Assembly: GCA_965644495.1 (NCBI GenBank)
Contig: CBFFSA010000021.1
Coordinates: forward strand, 62,001-126,000
From: Perkinsela sp. CCAP 1560/9
Taxonomy: Eukaryota; Protista; Euglenozoa: Kinetoplastea
Direction of reading: 5' to 3'
DNA length: 64,000 nt
Below the pieces are notes generated by a model. It worked only from the letters and a program-made list of their open reading frames with translations, did not search any database and was not told the origin of the DNA. Below are positions 45,722 through 56,620 of this stretch, piece after piece (the first letter of the stretch is position 1; each line of letters opens with the position of its first letter). The translations under genes were made by a program, and so were the position numbers.

Positions 45722-46783
45722 CTGTGCTCCCCCCACTTATATTGCCGCGGGGTACCCCTCACTTATAGTGCCGTTTTGAAAAAAAAAATGTCTGAAAAAA
45801 ATTTGACCAATTTTTTTGACCAAAAGGGTACCGGGCGTTACTTAACTATGGAATTTCTTAATTACGGTTAACGGTTAAAATTTTGTCGATTTTAACCTTA
45901 TCGGTTAACCGTAATTAGGGAGTAACCGTAATTACGAATTTCCGTAAATAGGGAAAATGAGCTATGCATTGACCGCAACGAATTTCAACATCAATGAAAC
46001 GATAACAATCAATCATCAATATCGTGCACCTTATGCCCACTAGATTCGAAAGTGCGTTGTCGCTTTCTCCTAGTGGTATCCACATCATTGTTGCGTTCCC
46101 CGTAGCCAAATCCAAGCTATAATGTTTCCAAGCCCCTCGTAATGCAATTATCTGATACTATGTCGCAACATGGTAGCGCATTCCACATTGCACGAGGAAT
46201 GCCAGTCGCTCTATTCCCCGCCAAGGAGGCTTTCTGCTTCCTGATATTTCAGTCACTGGGCGCATAAAATATTTTGCTCGAAAAATAAAAATGTCAGCTT
46301 TAATCTTAAATAGATTAACCGTAATTAGGTAAAAACCGTAATTAAGGGCAACCGTAATTAAGTAACGCCCGGTACAGTAAATATGGTGTAAATTTCCAAT
46401 ATTTTTATTTACAGAAATCCTTGAAACTTTATCACTAGCTCTCTTCATCCTTTCAATGACTGTCGATTCTCACGAGAACAAGACGCCAGACAAAGCGCAC
46501 ACTCGTAGATCAGCGATTTCAGATCCTTTGGAACGCTGGTTCACGGTTGTTCCGCTAGCGCCGAGAATGGGTCCCCCGGTGGCCAGCCGTCCTCCCCCCA
46601 ACACACTTGATTCTCTTCCCACCAGCATGCCTAGGACCTCTAGAGTGTGTATGACTACGCAAGAGAAGTTGAAGGCGTTTTTTAGGGTGGCAAAAAATTT
46701 ACGCTCGACCTGAAATATACTATGCCCCCCACTTATAGTGCCGTTTGGTCGAAAACTGCGGCTCTATGTGTGAGGGGGCACAG
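45722..46783. mobile_element. Non-autonomous TIR element with TA TSD
   Basis: TA|CTGTGCTCCCCCCAC ... GTGAGGGGGCACAG|TA. It is absent from the paralogous segment at about 22250. Confidence 0.75.
45831..46372. mobile_element. Nested pogo-type MITE
   Basis: TA|CCGGGCGTTACTTAA ... TTAAGTAACGCCCGG|TA. A related end lies at about 54129. Confidence 0.85.
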
Positions 46784-47014
46784 TAATACTGGTAAGGATA
46801 CACCCCCTCTCATAAATAAAAATAATGATAATAATAATTTTTCTGAGATTATCATTATTATTTTCATTATCATTATTTATGAACGCAATAAGGGGAGATG
46901 AGAAAAAAAATACATCTGTTTAGTAAGATAAAGATGTCTAAAAAGAGAAAAAACAAGATAAGATTTAAGAGATCACGGGCGATTTTCCTTATCTTTCTGA
47001 AGGTTTTCTAATAA

Positions 47015-47776
47015 ATGCAACGTGTGTCTACGTTGGACGACACTTCCGATCTACGTCGAGGTAAGGTTACCTCGTTGCTAATACCCCAAGAAGATTTACT
47101 CGAACGTTTAATTTCTGATTTAAACGGAAAGGACAAGACGTGGCGTACTACAAAAAAAGGAATGTTCGGTCGGGTAAAGAGTATATCCCCATGTACTTGG
47201 AAAAACGTCATATGTAATGAAGGCGGTGAGGTCACTTCTCTTAATTGGTCCGCGATGGCTCTTTCTGGACAGCTTCAGTGGGACAATTTGCCTCGCACCC
47301 TGCTTACCTGTGATGTATCGCAGAATAGAATATCTGGGAACGTACAACTCGATCGGCTTAATCCGCCAATTACTGTCCTGGATACAGGAATGAACTTTCT
47401 AGGTGGGGGAGTAGAGTTGACAAATTTGCCGGATAGCATCACAAGGTTATCACTAAACACTAATGTATTTGGAGGGAGTATAAATTTATATCATTTACCA
47501 CAAGGTCTGGAGCGGCTAATGCTCCACAGGAATAGTTTCGATAATTGCCCAGATCTGTCTTGCCTGCCGAGCACGTTGCAAGTACTTAATTTGTCCGACA
47601 ATAATTTCAGTGGTGTGGTAAAATTTGATACTCTCCCTGCCGGACTAATTCTCCTGTGGTTACAGGGGAACTCGGAATTATCCGGTGAAATCAATGAGAG
47701 CCTTCTTCCTATTCATTTGCGAGGACAAAGTATAAAGATTGAGAATACCTCCATTAACTTTAAACAGTCGTCATAG
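47015..47776 (+). CDS. Leucine-rich repeat protein (Perkinsela-like family, 253 aa)
   Basis: CTWKNVIC cap plus about 6 LP..L..L.L..N.F.G repeats. Confidence 0.92.
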   Translation: MQRVSTLDDTSDLRRGKVTSLLIPQEDLLERLISDLNGKDKTWRTTKKGMFGRVKSISPCTWKNVICNEGGEVTSLNWSAMALSGQLQWDNLPRTLLTCDVSQNRISGNVQLDRLNPPITVLDTGMNFLGGGVELTNLPDSITRLSLNTNVFGGSINLYHLPQGLERLMLHRNSFDNCPDLSCLPSTLQVLNLSDNNFSGVVKFDTLPAGLILLWLQGNSELSGEINESLLPIHLRGQSIKIENTSINFKQSS

Positions 47777-47943
47777 CTGAGATGGTGAGGAAATGCTTTT
47801 AGTGTTCTTCGCACTTTTATTTCCGTAAGTTTTAGAGTTCTCCGTGAGTGCATTTATAATGTTTAGCCGGTTTTCAAATGTAGCTTTTCAAATATACAGC
47901 TCATGACAGTTCTGAAGGATTCCAGCGTAGATGATGTATAGAA

Positions 47944-48205
47944 CCGTGATCCCCCCCTATCCTATCGTTGCCTCGGTACCCCGCCCACATTAGCGTTGCT
48001 TGCTATACTGTCTCTTGCCTCGAAACGGCAATTTTCTTTTTGGACTGGTAAAAATGTACCCTAAAAAAGCGATTTTTTTAGATCTTCCTCAATAATCCCA
48101 GAACATCTTCGGCTCGCCAATTCTTAGGCCCCTGTTTTTGATCCCCCCCCTAGCGTTGCTTTTTATCAAAACTAGACAACACTAGGATAGGGGGGGTAGT
48201 ACGTG
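47944..48205. mobile_element. Short MITE
   Basis: CCCCCCCTATCCTA (47951) is inverted to TAGGATAGGGGGGG (48183). Ends imprecise. Confidence 0.5.
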
Positions 48206-48278
48206 TATGATGAATTCGCATGAATTTTGCCTACTGAAATTTTAGTATACAAGACATTTATTTTAAACCACGTTACGA

Positions 48279-50813
48279 ATGACATCTTGCTCTTTGCCTG
48301 CTACTATGGATACTTTTGCTCTAGAGTGTGTCTCTTTCTGGCGTGCAGCTCTGGACCCATCTCGGGCTTCTTGTACTTGCAAGGAGGAAAAGTATCCAGA
48401 TCTAAAGTTAGACCATGTTCCCCATGAAGAGGGTCATTCCATTTCTACACAGGGAAGGAGAGCCCTAAATGTTCTACTACAATCTTTCGTGGAACACAAT
48501 TTCACAGGAATTACAGAGTCAATGCGTACCTTACACTTATGTGAACGATGTTACTTCCCCGTGCATCAAGACTTTCCAGAGAAAGATTTATCGAAATTGC
48601 GCTCATGGCTTTCGCTGGATGGGGAAACTGTGTGCCCTGTGCTGTCAAAACAACATTACCTCTTTTTGTTGTGGATAGGAGTCAAAAACTTTTCCTCCGA
48701 ATTAGGCCCCCATTTACGGCTGCGCATTAACATGCTCTACCAGCGTTGCCTTAGTCATCGAAGTCACACATTGTATACAGCCATAAAGAATGCCACCAAA
48801 GAAATTATTGAAGCCGATAACGTTTCCATTTCCTTTTCCGAAGCAAGGGCCGAGACACTTGTGGAAGTAGCCAATGCACTGCATTACTACGGCGACCATA
48901 CTGAAATGCAAAACATTCTTTTCAAGGCAGCGAAATACAGCAATTTAGTTTTTGAGGAAGCTGTGCTGGTTGGAGTGCGAACTCGATGGCAAGAATTTCA
49001 GACGGCACAACTCGTCGTAGAGGCGACATCAAGCACAAACGTTTCACGTCCCGAAAACGGGACGTGGGATTGTGCGACCAATGTGAAGGACCTAAATAAA
49101 GAACTGCCGTTAGAAATAGAGGGTGAGGGTGCCGGACATGATCTGTATACAAGACCCAGAAATGACACAACTTCATGTGATGGAAGTGTAGAGAACTTGT
49201 TACCGGTTCACAATGCGATACTACTCGCCTTCTGCGCTGATATTGAAAAGGAGAACCCCGTGCATGAATTGACGACGGAAAAAATGGATTCTTACGTACA
49301 ACGGGTCCTGGCCAATCCAACACATACTTGGATTTTAAAGGCTATGTCATTACTTCTCCGCTCCCGGGGGGAAGAAAAGCGAACACGTGTTGCGCAACGG
49401 AGTTTATTGCAACTTCAGCAGCTTGCGGATGAATTTACCAGTGATCCACAAGCGGAACGTGCGAATGGATTTTTCCTTACTCAGTATCCTTCCTACCATG
49501 CTCTCCGATACGAGCTTGCAGGTCGATATTTTAGTGAAAACCTGTATAAGACTGCATTGGAGTATTTTGAACAGTTACACGCTTGGGACAAGATAGTATT
49601 ATGCTCCTTACGTCTTGAGCGACGGAACAGTGTGGAGTTGTTGGCCAGAAGGGCACTCGAAAAAGGCTGCGAATCCGTCGACATACTTGTTGCTCTAGGC
49701 ATTGCCACTCACGATGAAACTTCTCTCAGCAAGGCATGGAAACAATCCAATTTTAGTCATGCTGGGGCGGCACGTGCGTTGGCGCGCCATCATTTATTTC
49801 ATAAAGATTTTGAACAAGCGATTGAATACTTCGATGAATGCATAAGATTAAACCCCAGTTTTGGTGGAGACTGGTTTGTTTTAGGATACGCCGCCTTGCG
49901 GCTGTCCGATTGGTCTCGTGCTGCCGAAGCATTCACCCGTGTATGCCAAATGGAACCTGAAAATGGATGGGGCTGGAATAATCTTTCTATGACGCTGATG
50001 ACGATGAAGAAATTTCGTCCTGCGTATCATGCTTTGTCACAAGCTGTTAAATTTAATGAGCAGAGCTGGCAAGTATGGGAAAACTTTTTCACTGTTTCAG
50101 TGAAATTAAAGGAAACCGATTCCGCACTACGCGGCCTGCGTAAGCTTGTTGATCTTGGTGGACGTCAAGCAGAGCTTGACGACACGACGTTAAGCGATTT
50201 TGGAAACCACGTCTATGAACTGTTGTCGCGTGAGGGAGACGGTGAATTGACAATGTCAGAAGATGATTCAAATACTCATCACTGTGATGATGTTCGGCCC
50301 GTAATTCAAGCAGACGACAAAATTCAGATGGAATATACGAATCTAGATTCACTTCTGTGTGAATTTTCGGATGTATCTCAGGAGAAGCACACGAATTTGC
50401 ACAGATATTACAACCTTCCACGGATCAATCTTTGGAAAACCAAATATGAAGATCTTTTAGAAGAAATCGTTTCCTTTCACCCGTTTAGCGAAAAGATTTG
50501 CAAAGTAGCGTCTGACTTTCACTACAAAGTAGGAAACTGGAAGAATGCTGCAGATTATAATCTGGCGCACGTTCGCGCTTGTCAGAAAGAAAATTGGCAA
50601 CACGACACTAAGAAAGCATTATGTGTCCTTGACGCAGTAGATGAACTTCTGATTCTTGTCAATAAACTTAAATACCGGAAATGGGAAAACGTTGCAGCGT
50701 TTGAAAATGTAGCAAAAAGGAGAGCTAGTGCCGTGCTCGAAACAACGAGGATGGTACATGGAAAGTTGAGTCTCTGGGAGCAGGTAAATACCAGACTGAA
50801 CGCCGTTACATAA
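48279..50813 (+). CDS. TTC27: Tetratricopeptide repeat protein 27 / Emw1-like
   Basis: GVRTRWQ.FQTAQL, R.LLQLQ.L.D, and a TPR block with WF.LGYAAL, A.EAFTR, WNNLS and WQVWEN. Confidence 0.85.
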   Translation: MTSCSLPATMDTFALECVSFWRAALDPSRASCTCKEEKYPDLKLDHVPHEEGHSISTQGRRALNVLLQSFVEHNFTGITESMRTLHLCERCYFPVHQDFPEKDLSKLRSWLSLDGETVCPVLSKQHYLFLLWIGVKNFSSELGPHLRLRINMLYQRCLSHRSHTLYTAIKNATKEIIEADNVSISFSEARAETLVEVANALHYYGDHTEMQNILFKAAKYSNLVFEEAVLVGVRTRWQEFQTAQLVVEATSSTNVSRPENGTWDCATNVKDLNKELPLEIEGEGAGHDLYTRPRNDTTSCDGSVENLLPVHNAILLAFCADIEKENPVHELTTEKMDSYVQRVLANPTHTWILKAMSLLLRSRGEEKRTRVAQRSLLQLQQLADEFTSDPQAERANGFFLTQYPSYHALRYELAGRYFSENLYKTALEYFEQLHAWDKIVLCSLRLERRNSVELLARRALEKGCESVDILVALGIATHDETSLSKAWKQSNFSHAGAARALARHHLFHKDFEQAIEYFDECIRLNPSFGGDWFVLGYAALRLSDWSRAAEAFTRVCQMEPENGWGWNNLSMTLMTMKKFRPAYHALSQAVKFNEQSWQVWENFFTVSVKLKETDSALRGLRKLVDLGGRQAELDDTTLSDFGNHVYELLSREGDGELTMSEDDSNTHHCDDVRPVIQADDKIQMEYTNLDSLLCEFSDVSQEKHTNLHRYYNLPRINLWKTKYEDLLEEIVSFHPFSEKICKVASDFHYKVGNWKNAADYNLAHVRACQKENWQHDTKKALCVLDAVDELLILVNKLKYRKWENVAAFENVAKRRASAVLETTRMVHGKLSLWEQVNTRLNAVT

Positions 50814-51016
50814 AGTTCGTTCGCAGTTGCAATTTAATTATAACATTAATTAATTTAATATTGAAATAACAACAATCGCGTACAAAATCTTACCCCGAAA
50901 AATAGTGCTAGAGTAGAAAAAATAACAACCCACAATAACAATGTAGCGCATAATAATATTATGTACAGAAGTCTAGAAGAAACGACTAGAAAAACTTGAC
51001 TTAAACAGAATATAAT

Positions 51017-53785
51017 ATGAAAACGTTTTGGGTACATCCTGTCCAAACACTCTCAGTTGAAAGCGTCGCTTTGAAGTGGATGGAGGAGCGCCAAAGAGAT
51101 GCAAGATTAAAATGGGTTTCAAAAATGCGTCCCTCTACTTGTCTTGTCTCGAACATCTTTCCACTACACGTAGTGAACAATTCTTCCTTATTCCAGTACG
51201 ATATTAATTTTCACTTGAGACCCAACATTCACACAACTGTCACGCCCGGTATCTCGCGCGCAAGGTCTAGTGTCTTGCATTATCTTCGCTCGAAAACCGG
51301 AGAAACTCCATCGTCAGGCGCTTTTATATGCGTTGCGAATAGAATTTACAGCACAGTGTCATTACCTCAAAATTGTATAAATCTTCCCGAGAAATGCTTT
51401 GATCTAAATATCTCAAAGTGCACTTTAACTATGAAGAAAAGTAAAATTTTGCTCCACGAACTTCCGATGGACGAACTGCAACAACTGTGCAATCGACTGC
51501 TCAATTGGAGTATTCAATATCACGGCAGTCGGCACGGTAACTTCAGGCTCTGTCGATCAAATGGTAAAGTAGTAGACTTATCCGATGGATGTCTTGTTTC
51601 GGGAATTAGAATTCATCGTGGAACTCAACTGCGCACCATTTTTGTGAAGCGTTCTGGTGAAAATGAAGCCCTTTCGACCTTCTCTCCCCTTTCGCCTCCC
51701 CCTTCAACCCGAAGCCTGGCCACTTTAAACGTAAATACCAGCCGCGGCCATCCGCCAATTGTATTTCAGTGCGCCGAAGAATTGCTCAGCAAAACTTTAA
51801 GAAACAAATCTATGCGCCAATACCTTATTCGTGATGCTAGTGGTTCCATGACCCTCACAGATTGGGATTCATCTTCTAGCGGAATCTCATTGAAGACTGG
51901 CAACGTCTACAGGGCACTGCAACTAAGAATAAAATTGGTGAACCAGAAGTATGACAGGGGAAATTTCGGATTCGAAGCGCATATTGGGAAATCAAGCCGC
52001 ATTTCAACTTTGTCAGATATGCAAGATGACGCAAAAATTCCGAAGGGGCACGTGTTGATTCCTGATGGAAATAAAAGCCTTTATGAGATGGGAGTCCGCG
52101 TGGATACGCTTTGTACCGTGGCGAAAAACGAGAGCATTCTTGAAGAGATTGTTCCGATGTATGGCCTCGACATGGACAAAGGTTTGCGGGACAATTTGCG
52201 CAGAGAGCTGATTGGCACACCTGTAGTGAATAGCTTAACACTTACGCATGGACAAATTATGGATGTGACGTTTGATGATGAAAATTCTAAGGAAATCCGC
52301 TTGGAGCGGGACAACATTAATCAGTTTTCTTCGCACCATGAGTATCTTCCGAACCAACCTAGAGCGGTGCTTCAAGACCTAAAAGGAGTACCATTGCAAG
52401 TTCTTCACCGTTCCTATAATCCCAATGAGTCATGGATGGATGCTATATTACCTACATGCTCTCTTCTTCCTCCCCGTCGTCTCCCACTGTTACAACAAAC
52501 GGTGCGAGCACTGCAAGAAGGATTGCAGCATTGGGGATTGCAAATAAACGAACAGCCGATAATTACGAAGGATGTGGCAGCGTTTACGGCACCTTTGGTG
52601 ACAAAGAAGGTTGTTGGAGCAAAAGACCCCCGACTTAAGGGACCTCACCTTTTCATCTTAATATTAATTGGAAATATCGATGGCAAGACACCTGAGATTT
52701 TGTTAAACGGGCTGCCAGGGGAAGAGAGGGCCTGTTGGAAATATTCAACCTTTGACGAAGCAATAAATGCATTACAAAACTGTTCGATCTATGGTGCGTG
52801 TACTGTAGCTGGAATTCTGGCGAATAAAAATCTGCCTGAGGCGGACAAACTAAAACTCAGTGCTTTATGCTTACGACGGGGTATGATACCAGTTCACTTT
52901 TACGGCAGGAGTCCCAGGAATAAAAATCAATGGCTTGCTGCGAAAAGGCTTGTTGTATGCACGCGTTCTAATGGCAACCCATTGTCCGGCTTCAATTTGT
53001 CTGCAGAAGTGCCCCGTATAGGCACACGGATGATTTTATTCGTTGGTATAGACGTTTGTCACACAAGAACAGGTTCCACAGGAGCCCTAGTTGGGACACT
53101 CTACAATGGTCCGCCTCTCTTGCCCATTATGTATCCATTCTTTTGGCACAGTGAACACGCACGAAACAGTGAGAGTGATGGTGTACTTAGCGCTTTTTAC
53201 GAACTGGTAGAAAATGTTCAAACGATACTTTCACAATATTCACCCACACTTCCGCCTTTGTCCGAAATTATGGTAATGCAGGACGGAAGTGTGCGAAGTG
53301 AGATTGATAAACTTGAATTATACATTCCCCAGGGGGTCGAGTTTTCTTTTATTAATCTTCATAAAAGAACTGGAATCCGTTTTACCAGAGCTGTGTGCGA
53401 CACCCAAGTAAACTGTATGAGTGGCCAGCTTGTGAGAAATTTGATACCCTCAAATTTGCATCACGGGAAGAGGGATCTTCCAGGCTTCTTCTTGCAAAGC
53501 CATAATTGTGCATTGTCGACAGCTAGAACGCTTTACTGTGTAGTACAACGACGTGCGCATCACTGGGACATTGAAGAACTGAATCGCTTATGCTTCGTGC
53601 TAAGCTTCCCATTTTCGACAATGCCTTCTAAGTTGCCGTTCCCCACTAGATGTGCTCATCACTTGGCCGCGATAGCACACGAACTACATGCCGTGGATCC
53701 GGAATTTCAATACCAGTCACTACCTTTGTGCGTTCGCCATCGAATGTGGTTTTCGGGATATAAAAAAAGTGCTTTGCCCGCTTAA
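51017..53785 (+). CDS. PIWI/Argonaute protein (trypanosomatid PIWI-like type) with OB-fold insertion
   Basis: N-domain motifs VSNIF and FQYDI.F. PIWI motifs GIDVCH, MQDG, HKR..IRF, FFLQSH, TAR, LP.P..CAH.LA and a C-terminal MWF. Confidence 0.92.
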   Translation: MKTFWVHPVQTLSVESVALKWMEERQRDARLKWVSKMRPSTCLVSNIFPLHVVNNSSLFQYDINFHLRPNIHTTVTPGISRARSSVLHYLRSKTGETPSSGAFICVANRIYSTVSLPQNCINLPEKCFDLNISKCTLTMKKSKILLHELPMDELQQLCNRLLNWSIQYHGSRHGNFRLCRSNGKVVDLSDGCLVSGIRIHRGTQLRTIFVKRSGENEALSTFSPLSPPPSTRSLATLNVNTSRGHPPIVFQCAEELLSKTLRNKSMRQYLIRDASGSMTLTDWDSSSSGISLKTGNVYRALQLRIKLVNQKYDRGNFGFEAHIGKSSRISTLSDMQDDAKIPKGHVLIPDGNKSLYEMGVRVDTLCTVAKNESILEEIVPMYGLDMDKGLRDNLRRELIGTPVVNSLTLTHGQIMDVTFDDENSKEIRLERDNINQFSSHHEYLPNQPRAVLQDLKGVPLQVLHRSYNPNESWMDAILPTCSLLPPRRLPLLQQTVRALQEGLQHWGLQINEQPIITKDVAAFTAPLVTKKVVGAKDPRLKGPHLFILILIGNIDGKTPEILLNGLPGEERACWKYSTFDEAINALQNCSIYGACTVAGILANKNLPEADKLKLSALCLRRGMIPVHFYGRSPRNKNQWLAAKRLVVCTRSNGNPLSGFNLSAEVPRIGTRMILFVGIDVCHTRTGSTGALVGTLYNGPPLLPIMYPFFWHSEHARNSESDGVLSAFYELVENVQTILSQYSPTLPPLSEIMVMQDGSVRSEIDKLELYIPQGVEFSFINLHKRTGIRFTRAVCDTQVNCMSGQLVRNLIPSNLHHGKRDLPGFFLQSHNCALSTARTLYCVVQRRAHHWDIEELNRLCFVLSFPFSTMPSKLPFPTRCAHHLAAIAHELHAVDPEFQYQSLPLCVRHRMWFSGYKKSALPA

Positions 53786-53817
53786 TCTTAGAACAAACAA
53801 TTCGTTTTTCTTTTCTG

Positions 53818-53890
53818 ATGCGTATCTTGCCTATACGTATCTTGCCTACACGCATCTTGCCTATGCGCATCCTGCCTATGCGTATCTTGC

Positions 53891-53941
<51 letters not shown>

Positions 53942-53950
53942 TTTTTTTTT
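53818..53950 (+). repeat. 15-bp tandem repeat (about 5 copies) followed by (TTTC)n and a T-run
   Basis: ATGCGTATCTTGCCT-like units, then a polypyrimidine microsatellite just 3' of the PIWI stop. Confidence 0.85.
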
Positions 53951-54299
53951 GAATTTATCTAATTCCAGCCGAAAACATATTTTAATTGCACCGTTCATGT
54001 TCTACAAGAAAACACACCCCATAGATTCAATTTGAGACACTACAAATTGATACACATTACTACTCTCATCTTTATTATCTCGGTACATTTACATTTTTCC
54101 TTTTAAGAAAATTTCGTTTTTGCTTGTACCGGGTATTGCTTAATTACGGAATTTCTTAATTACAGGTAACGGTTAAAATTTTGTCGATTTTAACATTAAA
54201 TCGGTGTAACCGTAATTAAGAAATTCCGTAAATGGGAAAACGGTTATTGATTGACGGCACGCGCACCCTTATAAGTTATAACGGACCCAGAAAGGTATG

Positions 54300-54480
54300 T
54301 ATAACGCATAAAGCTTGCACTCTTATAGTGCATATTGTACCCTTGATAACGCAGATGGTACCCTTGATAATGCATATAGGGCCACTGATAATGCATATTG
54401 TATCCTTGATAACCCATAAAACTCGCACCCTTATAATGCATAATGTAACCTGATAAAGCATAATGTAACCTGATAATGCA
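54300..54480. repeat. Degenerate 21-bp tandem repeats
   Basis: CCCTTGATAATGCATATTGTA-like units with no unique spacers. Confidence 0.7.
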
Positions 54481-54639
54481 TCATGTAATCGAATAAAAAA
54501 AATCTGTCTTTCTTTCACCATGTGCCAAACGGTAGAAATGTTGGGAAAATAATATACTATAAAACTGTATGGGCCTTGTTTGTATTGGATATTTGCATTG
54601 CGTGTGCCTTGTATTGAGAGGGTTGAAACCTGTTAAGTT

Positions 54640-56045
54640 TTGTCTGGTTTTTGCCAGGACACCTATTTTTTGGGGCGTCATTTTGGGAGACGTGTCACGG
54701 CTTCAAGAAGGGGTATCTTGTGAAAACAACGGCGTAGAAAGCTAGTATTGTTCCCAAACTCTCAAACTACTATAGGTGAAACGATTCGAAAAATTATTTT
54801 TACCCATGTTTTTCGCCAAGTTAACATTTTTTTCAAATTTCTTTTCAGAAAAAAACGAACTTGGCAGCCCGATCCTGTTGATACCAGGGGGAGTCGTCCC
54901 CGAGTACGGTGGAAAATGTGCGCCAAGACCTCGGCTACCCCTTCTGGTGGTTTATTTCGAAAAGTTTTTTTTTCAAACGACGGAGACCAAGTTTTTTTCG
55001 TGAGTTGAATTCCAACACGTTACAGCGTGTGCTGTGCTAATTTTCCAATATAAAACTTGAAATTCACTCTTTTCTTCGTTAGCCTGAGAGTTGTAACGCA
55101 TTTTGCTTTCGCTGCTCACTTCGAATTCTTCCATATACCACCATATCACCACAGACGCATTACCCCCCTCTAAGGTGTTGGTAACCTGTTCTGGGCCGTG
55201 AAGATGCCCTATGAGCTTCTCGATATGGCGCTTCACGGGCCCATAGATCATCCGAGGGCGCAAAGGTGTATTTTCCAAGCGTCGCGTGGATGCTCTCTGA
55301 GCATAATATTTTTGAATCGCTTCGTTAAACGCGGTGGTTGTTTTCAACTTAGAAGTCGCTTCATGCTGCATTGAACGAAGTACGATGGAAGTACGATGAT
55401 GAAATTTTAACCCAAATTTGGGCCGTTTTTGATCCCTGACCAGTAGGGGTAGGAGGCGAATCTGTCGAAAGAAACGTCGCAGAATGGTAGCTGAAATCCA
55501 AAACTCTTAAAATACGTTTTAGGAGTCTATTTTGGAAAAGTAATTTTTTTTTTTTTTGGGTTAATCCCAAAACTTTTTTTTGGGAGTTTTTTTTCGTCAT
55601 CCCAAAAATTTCAGATATTTTGACCTTGTCGGACCCCTCCTGCGCGTACCAGGGGGGGTCACCCCCAGGTGCGGGGGTGGAAAATTATCGCCGCGGCCTA
55701 CTCTGCCACTTCCCTGCGCTCGATTTTGAAAAGTAAAAAATTCGAAAACGAATTCGCGACGTATGCGCTCCCCCCTGGACCCCTCCCCCACCTGAACCCC
55801 CCCTGGACCCCCCCCTGGACCCCCCCTGGACCCCCCCCTAGACCCCCCCCTAGACCCCCCCTAGACCCCCCCCCTGGACCCCCCATTTTTTTGAATTTTT
55901 TTTTTCAGTTTTGGACCACCGGAGCCTCCTTCTATATTTTTTTCTTCTATTATATTACTGTGTTTCTCTTTATATTTTCACTGTTTTTGTTCATTTTTGT
56001 TTTCGATAATCGAGGGTAGAGCGGTAGTTATACAACCACCGCAAT
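54640..56045. mobile_element. Foldback-family copy with unique internal segment
   Basis: Half hairpin module at 55321-55375, C-run array at 55770-55885, right end at 56045. Left boundary approximate. Confidence 0.7.
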
Positions 56046-56229
56046 GTAGATGTACTATGTAAAAGTAATTCTATTTACTATGTAAATTAGAAAGAAATTG
56101 AATTTCAATTACCTCTCTTCGAGTTGAGGAAAGGAAAAATTGTAAATACCTACGGAGGGTTTACGAAACACCAAGTAAAAGCACAGAAAAACTTAGAAAT
56201 CACTCTGACTTCAAAAATTCAAAATTAAC

Positions 56230-56595
56230 CTTCACTTTAAAACGTCCTTACACACTTTAATGACAACTTCTAGTATCTGTTTCTTTTTCATCCCTTAAAA
56301 TGAGCGCTGGAGGCGCGCTGTGCTTCTTCCGCTTTGGTGAAACACACATGTGTCAGCCTTTTCTTCGATACGACTGTGACAAAATCAACAGTCCCGTACA
56401 GAGAGTAATATTTTGTTATGTCTTCTTTGGTCATTAATAAGGGAAGATTTGCAATTATGATTGATCGCTCATCACGCTCCCCACGCGCAGAGTACAACAC
56501 GTCAAGTGAACCAATGTACTAGTCCCGCTTGCGCTTTGCATCCCTTTCCTTTGTCCGAAATACTGTCCTTGATTTAATTCACTCTCCGAAGACAT
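56230..56595 (-). pseudogene. RRM-domain gene relic
   Basis: SIIIANLP..MTKEDI..YYS.YG.V...THVCF...EEA.RA, with an upstream in-frame TAG and a downstream frameshift. Confidence 0.65.
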
Positions 56596-56620
56596 ACTCC
56601 TCCTCTCATTAATTTTTATA

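Noticed and set aside
54300-54480. Regularly spaced repeats resembling a CRISPR array
   Set aside because: Contiguous degenerate units with no unique spacers, no cas genes, and a eukaryotic context.
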